Source: Alphaproteobacteria bacterium
Lineage (GTDB): Bacteria > Pseudomonadota > Alphaproteobacteria > UBA828 > JAPUJA01
Reading direction: 5' to 3'
Length of the DNA stretch: 64,000 nucleotides
Assembly: GCA_965249645.1 (NCBI GenBank)
Contig: CBDFML010000010.1
Coordinates: 488,232-552,231 of the forward strand
Shown: positions 29,086-38,016 of the stretch, piece by piece
Numbering within the stretch: position 1 is the first letter of the stretch
Layout: each line of letters begins with the position of its first letter
Made by a program: the position numbers and the translations under genes
The notes under the pieces: generated by a model
What the model was told of the DNA's origin: nothing
Seen by the model: the letters and a program-made list of their open reading frames with translations, nothing else
The model's database searches: none

Positions 29086-29130
29086 AGAGCCGAGCTTACC
29101 CTTTAATTGTTTGAGCCGAGCTTACCCTTT
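29086..29130. repeat. Two tandem copies of GAGCCGAGCTTACCCTTTA (period 26) in a divergent promoter region
   Basis: Exact 19-mers at 29086..29104 and 29112..29130, between the binding-protein gene (-) and the SnoaL-like gene (+). Confidence 0.8.
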
Positions 29131-29314
29131 ATTCTTTTTTTTGAAAGTATAGACCTGAATTCTTGATGGGCGCAAGAATGATTCATCGAATTCGGGATCG
29201 AACCCGGATTGGAGGGGGAGATCAGCTTGGCTCAGACCGCTGCCACCCCGAATTTTGACAACCGCGCCGCGATGGGCTGGCGCTGCTCCTGGCTCGTCCA
29301 GCGGGCCTCGATCC

Positions 29315-29731
29315 ATGGATGACGACAAAAACATTGTTACGGTAAACGAATGGTTCCGTCTTCTTGCCGAGGGCGAATATGACGCCATGCACGCGCTGCA
29401 CACCGACGATATCGTCTGGGAGGTGATCACGGGCGGGTCGGAAAAAATCGTGCCGTGGCTGGGACGTTTCGAAGGGCGTGAGGGCGTTGACGATTGCCTG
29501 CGCCTGTTTGCCGACGCCGTCGAAAGCGAGAAATTCGACACGGGGGAGGTCATGACCGGGGCTAACGGCCTCGTAATAATGCTGGGCACGGTCGATCTGA
29601 GGGCCTATCACAACGGTAAACGGTTTCGCATCGAGATCGCCGAGCTCTTCCGCTTTCGGGATGGCAAGATTGCGTTTGTGAAGGTATACGCAGACAGCGC
29701 TGCAGCGCGGGTTGCGTTCAAGGATCGCTGA
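29315..29731 (+). CDS. SnoaL/NTF2-like fold protein
   Basis: MDDDKNIVTVNEWFRLLAEGEYDAMHALHTDDIVWEV..FRFRDGKIAFVKVYAD. ATG at 29315 within ORF 29255... Confidence 0.65.
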   Translation: MDDDKNIVTVNEWFRLLAEGEYDAMHALHTDDIVWEVITGGSEKIVPWLGRFEGREGVDDCLRLFADAVESEKFDTGEVMTGANGLVIMLGTVDLRAYHNGKRFRIEIAELFRFRDGKIAFVKVYADSAAARVAFKDR

Positions 29732-29744
29732 GACCCGCAGCGAG

Positions 29745-30827
29745 TTGAGGAGCAACGCTACGCGAGCCGCACGATTTCACGAGCCGGGCAAACCGCTCAT
29801 CATCGAAGAGATGGCGGATCCCGAACTGCAGCCGGGCACGGCTATCGTTCGCGTGCTAGCCGCTTTCGTGCCGCCCTACTGCGCAGAGATGTTCGACGGT
29901 CGGGCGTTTTATCCCCTTCCGCCACTGCCCTTTACACCAGGCATGGACACCATTGGCGAGCTGCTCGAGGTTGCCGATGACGTCTCTGGTCTCGAGGTGG
30001 GCGAACGTGTTTTCTGTGATCATTTTTACAATGCGGTGAATGTCGGAGGCCGGGCGGAATCCTGCTATATCGGGGTATTCGGCAAGGGCGAGCGGTCTCA
30101 GAAAATTCTTGCCCGTTGGCGTGATGGCAGCTTCGCCGAAAAAATGATCCTGCCCGCCGAGTGCTTCATTCCGTTAGGCGCGGCCGCTTCGGTCGATCCC
30201 GCAAAGCTCGTGCGCATCGGCTGGTTCGGAACCTGCTACGGAGCGATGATGCGCTCGACCTTCCGGCCGGGCCACACGGTTCTGATCAATGCGGCGACCG
30301 GGCTGGTCGGGTCAGCCGGCGTGCTGCTGGCACTGGCCTTGGGAGCGGGCCGCGTCGTCGCGCTCGGACGCAAGCAAGCCGTACTCGACGAACTCTGTGC
30401 GCTCGATTCCAAACGGGTCACGGGGCTCGCAATATCCGGCGCGCCGGCCGACGCCGAGGCGATTATCGAGGCGGTTGGCGGCGGAGCCGATATCCTGCTC
30501 GATTGCATAGGACATGTTCCCGACCCCACGACAACCCAGAACGCGCTTGCTGCGCTGGCACCTTATGGCTGTGCACTTTTCGTCGGAGGCTGCGTCGGCG
30601 AACTCGCTATCAGCTACAAATGGGTACTCGATAAGCAGATCACGATCCTGGGCTCGAGTTGGTACCCCCGTGAAGGCAACGCAGAAATGTTCAGCATGAT
30701 TGGCACGGGCGCCCTCGATGTGGAAGCGCTTCGCGCCCGGGTATTTTCCCTGGATGAAGTCAACGAGGCCGCCCAGTGGGCAGAGCACGGTTCGGGTGGC
30801 CTCGAGCACGCTGCCTTGGTACCATGA
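29745..30827 (+). CDS. Medium-chain (zinc-type/quinone oxidoreductase-like) dehydrogenase; start codon unclear
   Basis: ..AARFHEPGKPLIIEEMADPELQPGTAIVRV.. and a Rossmann segment LINAATGLVGSAG. The canonical N-terminus would start at the in-frame ACG at 29760, which follows a perfect AGGAG (29748..29752). Alternatives are TTG 29745 or ATG 29712. Confidence 0.7.
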   Translation: MRSNATRAARFHEPGKPLIIEEMADPELQPGTAIVRVLAAFVPPYCAEMFDGRAFYPLPPLPFTPGMDTIGELLEVADDVSGLEVGERVFCDHFYNAVNVGGRAESCYIGVFGKGERSQKILARWRDGSFAEKMILPAECFIPLGAAASVDPAKLVRIGWFGTCYGAMMRSTFRPGHTVLINAATGLVGSAGVLLALALGAGRVVALGRKQAVLDELCALDSKRVTGLAISGAPADAEAIIEAVGGGADILLDCIGHVPDPTTTQNALAALAPYGCALFVGGCVGELAISYKWVLDKQITILGSSWYPREGNAEMFSMIGTGALDVEALRARVFSLDEVNEAAQWAEHGSGGLEHAALVP

Positions 30828-30998
30828 GCGCCGCTATTGTCGGGGGCCCTGAGGCAGGGTGGCGCGCCCGATCGGGGAATTCTTGGAAAATATCGTGGCG
30901 GGCACCGTCTCATCCGTCATCATTGAGAATGGGGCAACGCCCTAGGATAAACAGTGCGGTAAGATAGCCTTAAAATATGCCGAGAAAGGAGGCGTCCG

Positions 30999-32294
30999 AT
31001 GGAAGTCACAGAGGCCGATACGGCACGGAATTTCACGCCGCCGCCGCCCGCTCAATTCGTGAATCTGGAACGTGCCCGGTCGGTCATGTCCGAGCTACGG
31101 TTGGACGCCCTCGTCGGCACCACTGACGAAAACCTCTACTACCTATCCGGCCACGCGCCGGACTCGGTGCTGGCCCATTTCTGGGACACCTGGGCGGCTG
31201 CCATCTTGCCCCGCGAGCGAGACGCCGCGCCTTGCCTCGTGGTTTCCGAATACGACCTTGCCTATTGCGTCACCCATCCCACCTGGATGCCGGAAGTGAG
31301 GACGTATGGCGCAAGTTGGAGCAGCGCCGCATCTTTGCTGGACAAGATCAACGAGGGGGTTGGAATCGATACCGACATCCGGGAAGCGTTGCGGACGCTC
31401 TATCGTCAAACCCAGGAGAACAAGTCGCCGGACCTCGTCGATGCAATTGCGCGCTATATCAATAACGAGCTTTCATCAGGCTCGTTGCGGGTCGGATTCG
31501 ACGACCTTCGGGTAGCTGCTGCTGTGGGTGAGCGCATCGGCAATCGGCTTGAGGTCGTCGACGGACTGCAACCGCTCCGCAAAATTCGTCAGGTGAAGAC
31601 GCCACCCGAAATTGACTTGTTACGCAAGGCGGCTCAGATTAACGACGAAGCGCTCAACGAAGTGGCGGCGGCCATCTCCGAGGGGAGGCCCTTGTACGAT
31701 ATGGTTCGGGCATACCGCGAGGGGGTAACCAAGCGGGATGCCAAGCCGATGGGCGAACACGGCATGCTGTTTAGTGCGGGGCCTGATGGCGGTTTCGTGC
31801 TCGATCACAACTACATTGAACGCAAGCGGTTTGCCAAAGGCGACGCGGTCGTGCTCGATGCAATTTGCACCTACCGAATGTATCACGCCGACATGGCCAG
31901 GACGGCGACCGTGGGCGAACCGCGCAAGCGTCACCTGGAGCTTCATGAGGCGGTAAAGACGGCGCTGGAGATTGCCGAAGATCGGTTACGACCTGGCGCG
32001 CGAACCGTGGACGCGGTGGAAGCCGCAGCCGACGTCCTCCGTAAACACGGGCTGGATCCAGACGCAATGACGCTGGTGTTCCACCCGATCGGCTTGAACA
32101 TATTCGATTACGCATCGCCAGAAGACGGATTTGTGGGCTGGGTCATCGAATCCGACACGGTAATGAATTTCGAGGTGTTCAATCGTGATCCCGAATTTGG
32201 CGGCATGCATCTCGAGGATACCGTGCTGGTGACAGATCGCGGATTGGACCATTTTTCGACTTTTCCGCGGGAAATCGTCGTTGCGGCAAATTAG
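30999..32294 (+). CDS. M24-family metallohydrolase with creatinase/prolidase N-domain (Xaa-Pro peptidase / creatinase / ectoine-hydrolase-like)
   Basis: 431 aa with a strong RBS GGAGG. Pita-bread motifs with all five metal ligand positions apparently present (VVLDAI, HADMART, FHPIG, NFEVF, HLEDTVLVT). Confidence 0.8.
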   Translation: MEVTEADTARNFTPPPPAQFVNLERARSVMSELRLDALVGTTDENLYYLSGHAPDSVLAHFWDTWAAAILPRERDAAPCLVVSEYDLAYCVTHPTWMPEVRTYGASWSSAASLLDKINEGVGIDTDIREALRTLYRQTQENKSPDLVDAIARYINNELSSGSLRVGFDDLRVAAAVGERIGNRLEVVDGLQPLRKIRQVKTPPEIDLLRKAAQINDEALNEVAAAISEGRPLYDMVRAYREGVTKRDAKPMGEHGMLFSAGPDGGFVLDHNYIERKRFAKGDAVVLDAICTYRMYHADMARTATVGEPRKRHLELHEAVKTALEIAEDRLRPGARTVDAVEAAADVLRKHGLDPDAMTLVFHPIGLNIFDYASPEDGFVGWVIESDTVMNFEVFNRDPEFGGMHLEDTVLVTDRGLDHFSTFPREIVVAAN

Positions 32295-32372
32295 ACCGGA
32301 TGGCTGCTCCGGTTTTTATGAACTGGATTCTGCCACGCCAAGCAATGACTGGAAGAATGTGTATCCCAGTCT

Positions 32373-33542
32373 GTGACAGTGGGGATTGATCTCAAGGTGG
32401 CAACGGGAAATCGAGTTTCGGGAAACGCTCCGACCGATCTCTTGCCGGTGTCCGTGCTGACGGGTTTTCTGGGAAGCGGCAAGACGACAATATTGTCCCG
32501 ACTTCTCCATGATCCGGGCATGGCCAATACCGCGATTATCGTCAACGAATTCGGCGAGGTTGGACTTGATCACCTTATCGTGGAGAAGGGCGAGGAGGAC
32601 GTCGTGCTCCTCGACGCGGGCTGTCTCTGCTGCGCTGTAAGCGATTCTCTCAGCGATACGCTGACCAATCTCTTTTTCCGCCGTGTGCGCGGCGATGTTC
32701 CCTCCTTCGAGCGCGTAATAATCGAAACGAGCGGCCTCGCTGACCCGGCTCCGATCCTCCACGCTCTGGTAATGGATCAGTTCGTGTCATCCCACTTTTT
32801 CCTGGATGGAATAATTGCGACCGTGGATGGCGTCCACGGATTCAACCAGTTGGATGACCACGAGGAGGCCGTCAAGCAGGCGGCCTTCGCCGAGCGTATC
32901 GTCATTACCAAGTCCGATCTCGTTGCACTCAATGACATCGCGGCCTTGCGCGAACGATTGAACGGAATGAACGATGGCGCGAGGATTCTAGAGGCCGCGA
33001 AGGGACACGTGGAACCCGCTTGCATATTGAACGTCGGTCTTTTCGACCTGAGCAAGAAATCCGCCGACGTGCAGCGATGGTTGCGTCAAGAAGCCGTTGG
33101 GGGCCATGGCCACGACACTCGAGATGCCGCTCACGGAAACTCCGAGGAACTGAGTGAGCATGCGGGATCGCGGAACCACAAGTCCGGGCGTCACAACGAG
33201 AAGATTCAAACCTTCTGCGTCGACTTCGATTTCCTCGTGACCTGGGCCAGCTACGCCGACTGGGTCGCTTCAATGGAAAGGATTCCGAGTGAAAATCTCC
33301 TGCGCGTTAAGGGTCTGATCGGCATCGCAGGCAGCGACCGACCCTACGTCATCCAGGGGGTACGGCACATCTTCAGCCCGCCGATCAGGCTGAAGAGCTG
33401 GCCCCAGGACATTCACGAATCTCGCCTAATCTTCATTACCTACGATTTGGATCGTTCTCTCGTTGAGGCAACGCTGGGAGCGCTCAGGGCGCCCGAAGGA
33501 TTACAGGGCACCGGCATGCTCGAAGACGCCCTTAAAATATGA
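32373..33542 (+). CDS. COG0523-family GTPase metallochaperone (CobW/ZigA-like)
   Basis: GFLGSGKTT Walker A, GCLCCAV metal motif, ETSGLADP, a His-rich linker (GGHGHDTRDAAHG..) and the CobW_C-like end. Confidence 0.88.
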   Translation: MTVGIDLKVATGNRVSGNAPTDLLPVSVLTGFLGSGKTTILSRLLHDPGMANTAIIVNEFGEVGLDHLIVEKGEEDVVLLDAGCLCCAVSDSLSDTLTNLFFRRVRGDVPSFERVIIETSGLADPAPILHALVMDQFVSSHFFLDGIIATVDGVHGFNQLDDHEEAVKQAAFAERIVITKSDLVALNDIAALRERLNGMNDGARILEAAKGHVEPACILNVGLFDLSKKSADVQRWLRQEAVGGHGHDTRDAAHGNSEELSEHAGSRNHKSGRHNEKIQTFCVDFDFLVTWASYADWVASMERIPSENLLRVKGLIGIAGSDRPYVIQGVRHIFSPPIRLKSWPQDIHESRLIFITYDLDRSLVEATLGALRAPEGLQGTGMLEDALKI

Positions 33543-33733
33543 GGAGAGCCGCTTCGAACGCACCGGTCGGATTCGCTAGTGGTGCGCGGACCGGTCGGTC
33601 CCGGTCACCCATTCCCGTGGCCTTGCTCGAGTAGGCGGCCGGTGCCGTGTATGCCTGAGCTCGGTGATCGCTCTGTTGAATCGCCGAGCGTGCAAAGGAA
33701 AAGTAGTTTACTGATCGAGTGAAGGAGGTTTCG

Positions 33734-35098
33734 ATGAATTTCGATTGTATCGTCGAAAACGGCACCGTCGTCTTTCCTGAGCGCGGAGAGGTCGAGGCCG
33801 ACATCGCCATCCGCGACGGCAAGTTTGCTGGTATCCTTCGACCGGGCGAAGAGGCGCCGGGCACTGCCGAAAGAATCGACGTGGCGGGTAAGCACGTATT
33901 TCCCGGCATCATCGACGCCCATGTCCATTTTGGCTTCGCCGAGCCCCTGACCGAATACAGTACCGAGACGATGACGGCGGCGATCGGCGGGGTGACGACC
34001 ATACTCGCATATTTTCTCAACAATGAATCTTACAGGGACGTCTTCGCGGATCAGCTTGGCGAAGTGGAATCCCGTGCCTACGTCGATTTCGGCTTCCACT
34101 TCTCTACGGCGAAGGACATCCACTTGGATGAGCTCGAAAGCTACGTGAAGGAGTGCAACGTCACCTCGTTCAAATATTTCATGAACTTCAAGGGCGAAGC
34201 AGGGAGGTATCTAGGCCTTGACGGCACCGACGACGGCTACATGTATGACCTGCTACAGGAAGCAGCGCGCATAAAGGACATCGTCATTGTCATTCATCCC
34301 GAGAACATCGAGCTCGTCAATCGCTTCCGGCAGCGTTTCATGGAAGAGGGCCGCGAGGGCTTGCGGGCATATAGCGAATCAAAACCGGACTTTACGGAAA
34401 CCGAGAACACCATGCGGGCCATGGCATTCGCGGAACATCTAGGCGCGCGCATTTATTTCCCCCACGTGAGCTGCTCCTCAAGCCTAAGGGAGGTTCAGCG
34501 TTTTCGCGAACGCTATGAACATGTGCACCTTGAGACCTGCCCCCACTATCTGACCCACACCATGGACGCGGACTTGGGGAGCATCGGCAAGGCTAACCCG
34601 CCGTTGCGCACCCAGCAGGATGTCGACGCCCTTTGGGAGGGCTTGGCTGATGGATCGATCGATGTGGTCGCTTCGGATCACGTTCCCCGCAAAAAAGCGA
34701 CCAAGGAAAAATCGATCTGGCAGGCTTCCCAGGGTTTCCCCGGGACGGCAATAATACTTCCGGTTCTTCTGAGCGAGGGCTACCACAAGGAGCGCCTCAC
34801 TTTGCAACGCATCGCCCAGCTCGTGACGGCCCGGCCCGCCGAGATTTTCGGCATTGAGAAGAGGAAGGGTCGCATTGCCGAGGGGGCCGATGCGGACCTG
34901 ACCATCGTCGATCTCGACCTTGAGCGCAAAGTGCACGCCGAGGAATTGGCGTCCTATTCGGACTACACGCCGTATGAAGGGTGGACCCTTAAGGGCTGGC
35001 CTGTCCTCACCATGGTCCGTGGCGACGTGGTTATGCGGGACGGCAAAATCGTTGGGAAAAAAGGCTACGGACAATATTTGCGCCGTCCTTTAACGTAA
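33734..35098 (+). CDS. Cyclic amidohydrolase (dihydropyrimidinase / hydantoinase / allantoinase family)
   Basis: MNFDCIVENG..PGIIDAHVHF, FKYFM (carboxylated-Lys position), HPEN and ASDHVP. The ATG at 33734 follows GAAGGAGG; the GTG at 33719 in the track overlaps that RBS. Confidence 0.85.
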   Translation: MNFDCIVENGTVVFPERGEVEADIAIRDGKFAGILRPGEEAPGTAERIDVAGKHVFPGIIDAHVHFGFAEPLTEYSTETMTAAIGGVTTILAYFLNNESYRDVFADQLGEVESRAYVDFGFHFSTAKDIHLDELESYVKECNVTSFKYFMNFKGEAGRYLGLDGTDDGYMYDLLQEAARIKDIVIVIHPENIELVNRFRQRFMEEGREGLRAYSESKPDFTETENTMRAMAFAEHLGARIYFPHVSCSSSLREVQRFRERYEHVHLETCPHYLTHTMDADLGSIGKANPPLRTQQDVDALWEGLADGSIDVVASDHVPRKKATKEKSIWQASQGFPGTAIILPVLLSEGYHKERLTLQRIAQLVTARPAEIFGIEKRKGRIAEGADADLTIVDLDLERKVHAEELASYSDYTPYEGWTLKGWPVLTMVRGDVVMRDGKIVGKKGYGQYLRRPLT

Positions 35099-35159
35099 CG
35101 GTGAATCTCGAGGAACCACGAGCGGATCGCTCAATTAAGCGAAAGCAAGAGAGCCCATC

Positions 35160-36053
35160 GTGGCACAGAAAAGCCGCACTCTGAGCACTGCCTTTAAGGA
35201 GACCGTCCAACGTCGGCAGGCGCTGATCGTCCCCGGGGCGCCAAATGCCTTGACGGCCCGGCTGATCGAAGATCTGGGGTTCGAGGCTGTTTATATAACC
35301 GGCGCCGGCGTGACCAACATGCATCTGGGGGTGCCGGACATCGGATTGATCACACTGACCGAGCTCGCTGATCACGTCGGGGCAATCCACGATGTGGTTT
35401 CCCTGCCGCTGATCGTCGACGCCGACACGGGCTTCGGCAATCCCGTTAACGTGACTCGCACGGTAAAGGTTTTGGAACGCAACGGTGCCAACGGGATCCA
35501 GCTGGAAGACCAGGCGTTTCCAAAACGCTGCGGGCACTTTTTGGGGAAAAACGTCATTCCCGTCGAGGAGATGGTTCAAAAACTCAAGGCTGCGACGGAC
35601 ACCCGGCGGGATCCGGATTTGCAAATCATCGCTCGTACCGATGCCCTGGAGAAGCTTGGGATCAATGCCGCATTAGATCGCGCTGCGGCATATGTGGAAG
35701 CGGGGGCGGACATTACCTTCGTCGACGCGCCGGAAAATATCGGTGAGTTGAGAGCCATAGCAAGCGCTCTGAAAGTCCCGCAGGTGGCGAATATGGTCGT
35801 GGGCGGAAAAACGCCGCTGGTCGGCCGGTCCGAGCTCAGCGAGATGGGTTTCGCCGTCGTGCTCTATGCGAACGCGGCCTTGCAGAGCGCCCTATACGGC
35901 ATGCAGGCTGTGCTATCGGAGCTTTACAAAGAGGGGTCTCTCGAGGCCGTCCGTGAACTGCTTACTCCGTTCGGTGAGCGCCAGCGGCTTGTCGGCAATT
36001 CCGAATTCGATGCTTTGGAGGAGAAGTACCAGACGGAACCTGGGGCGAAATAG
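35160..36053 (+). CDS. Isocitrate lyase/PEP mutase superfamily lyase (2-methylisocitrate lyase / dimethylmalate lyase-like)
   Basis: PGAPNALTARLIE, IVDADTGFG, IQLEDQAFPKRCGH and ARTDA. Confidence 0.82.
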   Translation: MAQKSRTLSTAFKETVQRRQALIVPGAPNALTARLIEDLGFEAVYITGAGVTNMHLGVPDIGLITLTELADHVGAIHDVVSLPLIVDADTGFGNPVNVTRTVKVLERNGANGIQLEDQAFPKRCGHFLGKNVIPVEEMVQKLKAATDTRRDPDLQIIARTDALEKLGINAALDRAAAYVEAGADITFVDAPENIGELRAIASALKVPQVANMVVGGKTPLVGRSELSEMGFAVVLYANAALQSALYGMQAVLSELYKEGSLEAVRELLTPFGERQRLVGNSEFDALEEKYQTEPGAK

Positions 36054-36136
36054 TCACGCTCCAGTATGGAATTAATGTGGTTGGCCCCGAAGGGGGCGTA
36101 TGAAGCGGGCCCTGAATAACCAGCCAGGAGACTTTC

Positions 36137-36832
36137 ATGCGACCATGGGATGGGATTATCAGCGAGGAAGAGCAAGAAGCCTATCGTGCCGTCGGATTCG
36201 GCAAGACCTCGGGTATCGGCAGCTGTCCCGCCTTGCTCATCATCGACGTTCAGTACCGGACGGTTGGCACCAAACCGCAGCCCTTTTGGGAGGCCATCAA
36301 GGAGTTTCCCACTAGTTGCGGCGATGTGGCGTGGGAAGCCGTCGAAAAAATCAAACCTCTTCTAGCGACGTTCCGGGAGCAGGGCTGGCCGGTGCTCTAT
36401 CCCCATGTGGCGCCAAAGCAAAGCCACGATGCCGGACGGCTGGCCGAAAAAGTGCCCGCGATTATGACGGTCTCGAAGAAGGGTTATGAATTCGTGGCCG
36501 ACATCGCGCCGGTTGAGGGTGAAATCCTCTTGCCCAAGAAGCATCCAAGTGCGTTCTTCGGTACGCCGTTGGCAAGTCACCTGATCGACCTGGGAGTCGA
36601 CACGTTGTTCATTACCGGCTGCACCACGAGCGGCTGCGTTCGCAGTACGGTCGTTGATGCCTTCTCCTATAACTTCAAATTGGTTGTGCCGGAGGATTCC
36701 GTCTACGACCGCAGCAAGGTTTCCCACGCGGTCAATCTGTTCGATATGTCGGAAAAATACGCCGATGTCATGCCGCTGACGGACGCACTGTCTCTCTTGG
36801 CAAAATTGCCAGCAAAGAATACGGCCGGCTGA
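36137..36832 (+). CDS. Isochorismatase-family cysteine hydrolase (N-carbamoylsarcosine amidase / RutB / nicotinamidase-like)
   Basis: LLIIDVQY (Asp), LPKKHPSAFF (Lys) and ITGCTTSGCVRSTVVDA (Cys): the full D-K-C triad pattern. Confidence 0.8.
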   Translation: MRPWDGIISEEEQEAYRAVGFGKTSGIGSCPALLIIDVQYRTVGTKPQPFWEAIKEFPTSCGDVAWEAVEKIKPLLATFREQGWPVLYPHVAPKQSHDAGRLAEKVPAIMTVSKKGYEFVADIAPVEGEILLPKKHPSAFFGTPLASHLIDLGVDTLFITGCTTSGCVRSTVVDAFSYNFKLVVPEDSVYDRSKVSHAVNLFDMSEKYADVMPLTDALSLLAKLPAKNTAG

Positions 36833-36849
36833 ATTGCCATGCTTAGGGG

Positions 36850-37614
36850 CTAATCGACCCAGAGTCCGCCGTTTATGTCCATGATTTCACCGGTTATGTA
36901 GTCCGACCCTTCGGCGGCAAGGAAAAGAATTGCTTCGGCCACGTCTTCGACCGTGCCCATGCGGCCAACGGGGATGAGTTGTTTCAGGCTATCGGGGAAC
37001 GTTGTCGTCATCTCAGTGGCGATCGGTCCAGGAGCCACGGCATTCACGGTTATCCCGTCTGCGGCTAGTTCCTTCGCCAAGTACAGTGTCATCGCATGAA
37101 CGCCGGCCTTCGAGACCCCGTAGGCTATGTTGGCGGCTTGCTCCTGTTCCTCCCGATCCAGCCACGGACGCGCGTTGCCTCCACTTTTCCCTGTGACCGA
37201 TCCGATGTTGAGGATCCTTCCATAATGTTGGGCACGCATCGGCGGAATTACCGACCGACAGCACAGGAAGGTGCCCTTCAGGTTGACGGCAAGCACTCGG
37301 TCCCATTCCTCTTCCGAGAGATGTTCGGCCGCGCCGTGCGACACGACGCCGGCAACGTTCACCAGGACATCGACACGGCCGAATTTATCCAGCACTTCGC
37401 CGACCGCCGCTTGAACCTGACTGCTGTCGGTAACGTCCACTTCGATGCTTGCGGCCCGCACGCCCGCTGCTCGAAGGTCTGTGGCGAAAGACTTCGTCGA
37501 TTGCTTGTCGATCAGCGATAACGACGCGTCTTCACGGGCAAAAGCGCGCGCCGTGGCAGCACCTATTGCACCGGCTGCCCCAGTAACAATTACGACCCGG
37601 TTACTGAACCCCAT
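36850..37614 (-). CDS. Short-chain dehydrogenase/reductase
   Basis: VVIVTGAAGAIGAA, NVAGV and YGVSKAG motifs. Confidence 0.88.
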   Translation of the reverse strand: MGFSNRVVIVTGAAGAIGAATARAFAREDASLSLIDKQSTKSFATDLRAAGVRAASIEVDVTDSSQVQAAVGEVLDKFGRVDVLVNVAGVVSHGAAEHLSEEEWDRVLAVNLKGTFLCCRSVIPPMRAQHYGRILNIGSVTGKSGGNARPWLDREEQEQAANIAYGVSKAGVHAMTLYLAKELAADGITVNAVAPGPIATEMTTTFPDSLKQLIPVGRMGTVEDVAEAILFLAAEGSDYITGEIMDINGGLWVD

Positions 37615-37769
37615 CTCAATTCCTCATCTGGGCATCGAAGATTCTCCGCAGCGCAGTCAGTCCCCGTGGAGAGGGAGGCACCTTTCGTCGGTCAATGAGA
37701 GAGCTATCCCAAGAGATGCCGTCTTCCGCTGACAGGCATTGTCGCATGATTCGCTTCTTGGGCGATGCT

Positions 37770-37922
37770 ATGTCTCAATTCAAGCCCGGCGCTCTTGCTA
37801 CGACCACGGCAGTAGAGGAGCTTTTGCCGGTCATCGTAGGTCGTGAGAGTCTATTGCCGGTAAGCGACGACGGTCGGATAATCGGTCAAATCACACCGTC
37901 TTGCATGATTAAGCCTCTTTCA
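37770..37922 (+). pseudogene. Relic of the C-terminal CBS region of a ProV-type ABC ATPase
   Basis: ..TTTAVEELLPVIVGRESLLPVSDDGRIIGQITPSCMIKPL resembles a single CBS motif, exactly where proV would precede proW. No Walker/ABC part remains. Confidence 0.45.
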
Positions 37923-38016
37923 CGTCATCGAAGTGGAGCTTGCCCAGATGGACGACATTGGCACTCGCGTGACGACAGCCGATGGCTAGTCGAGACCATC
38001 TGCGACCGAGGTTACG

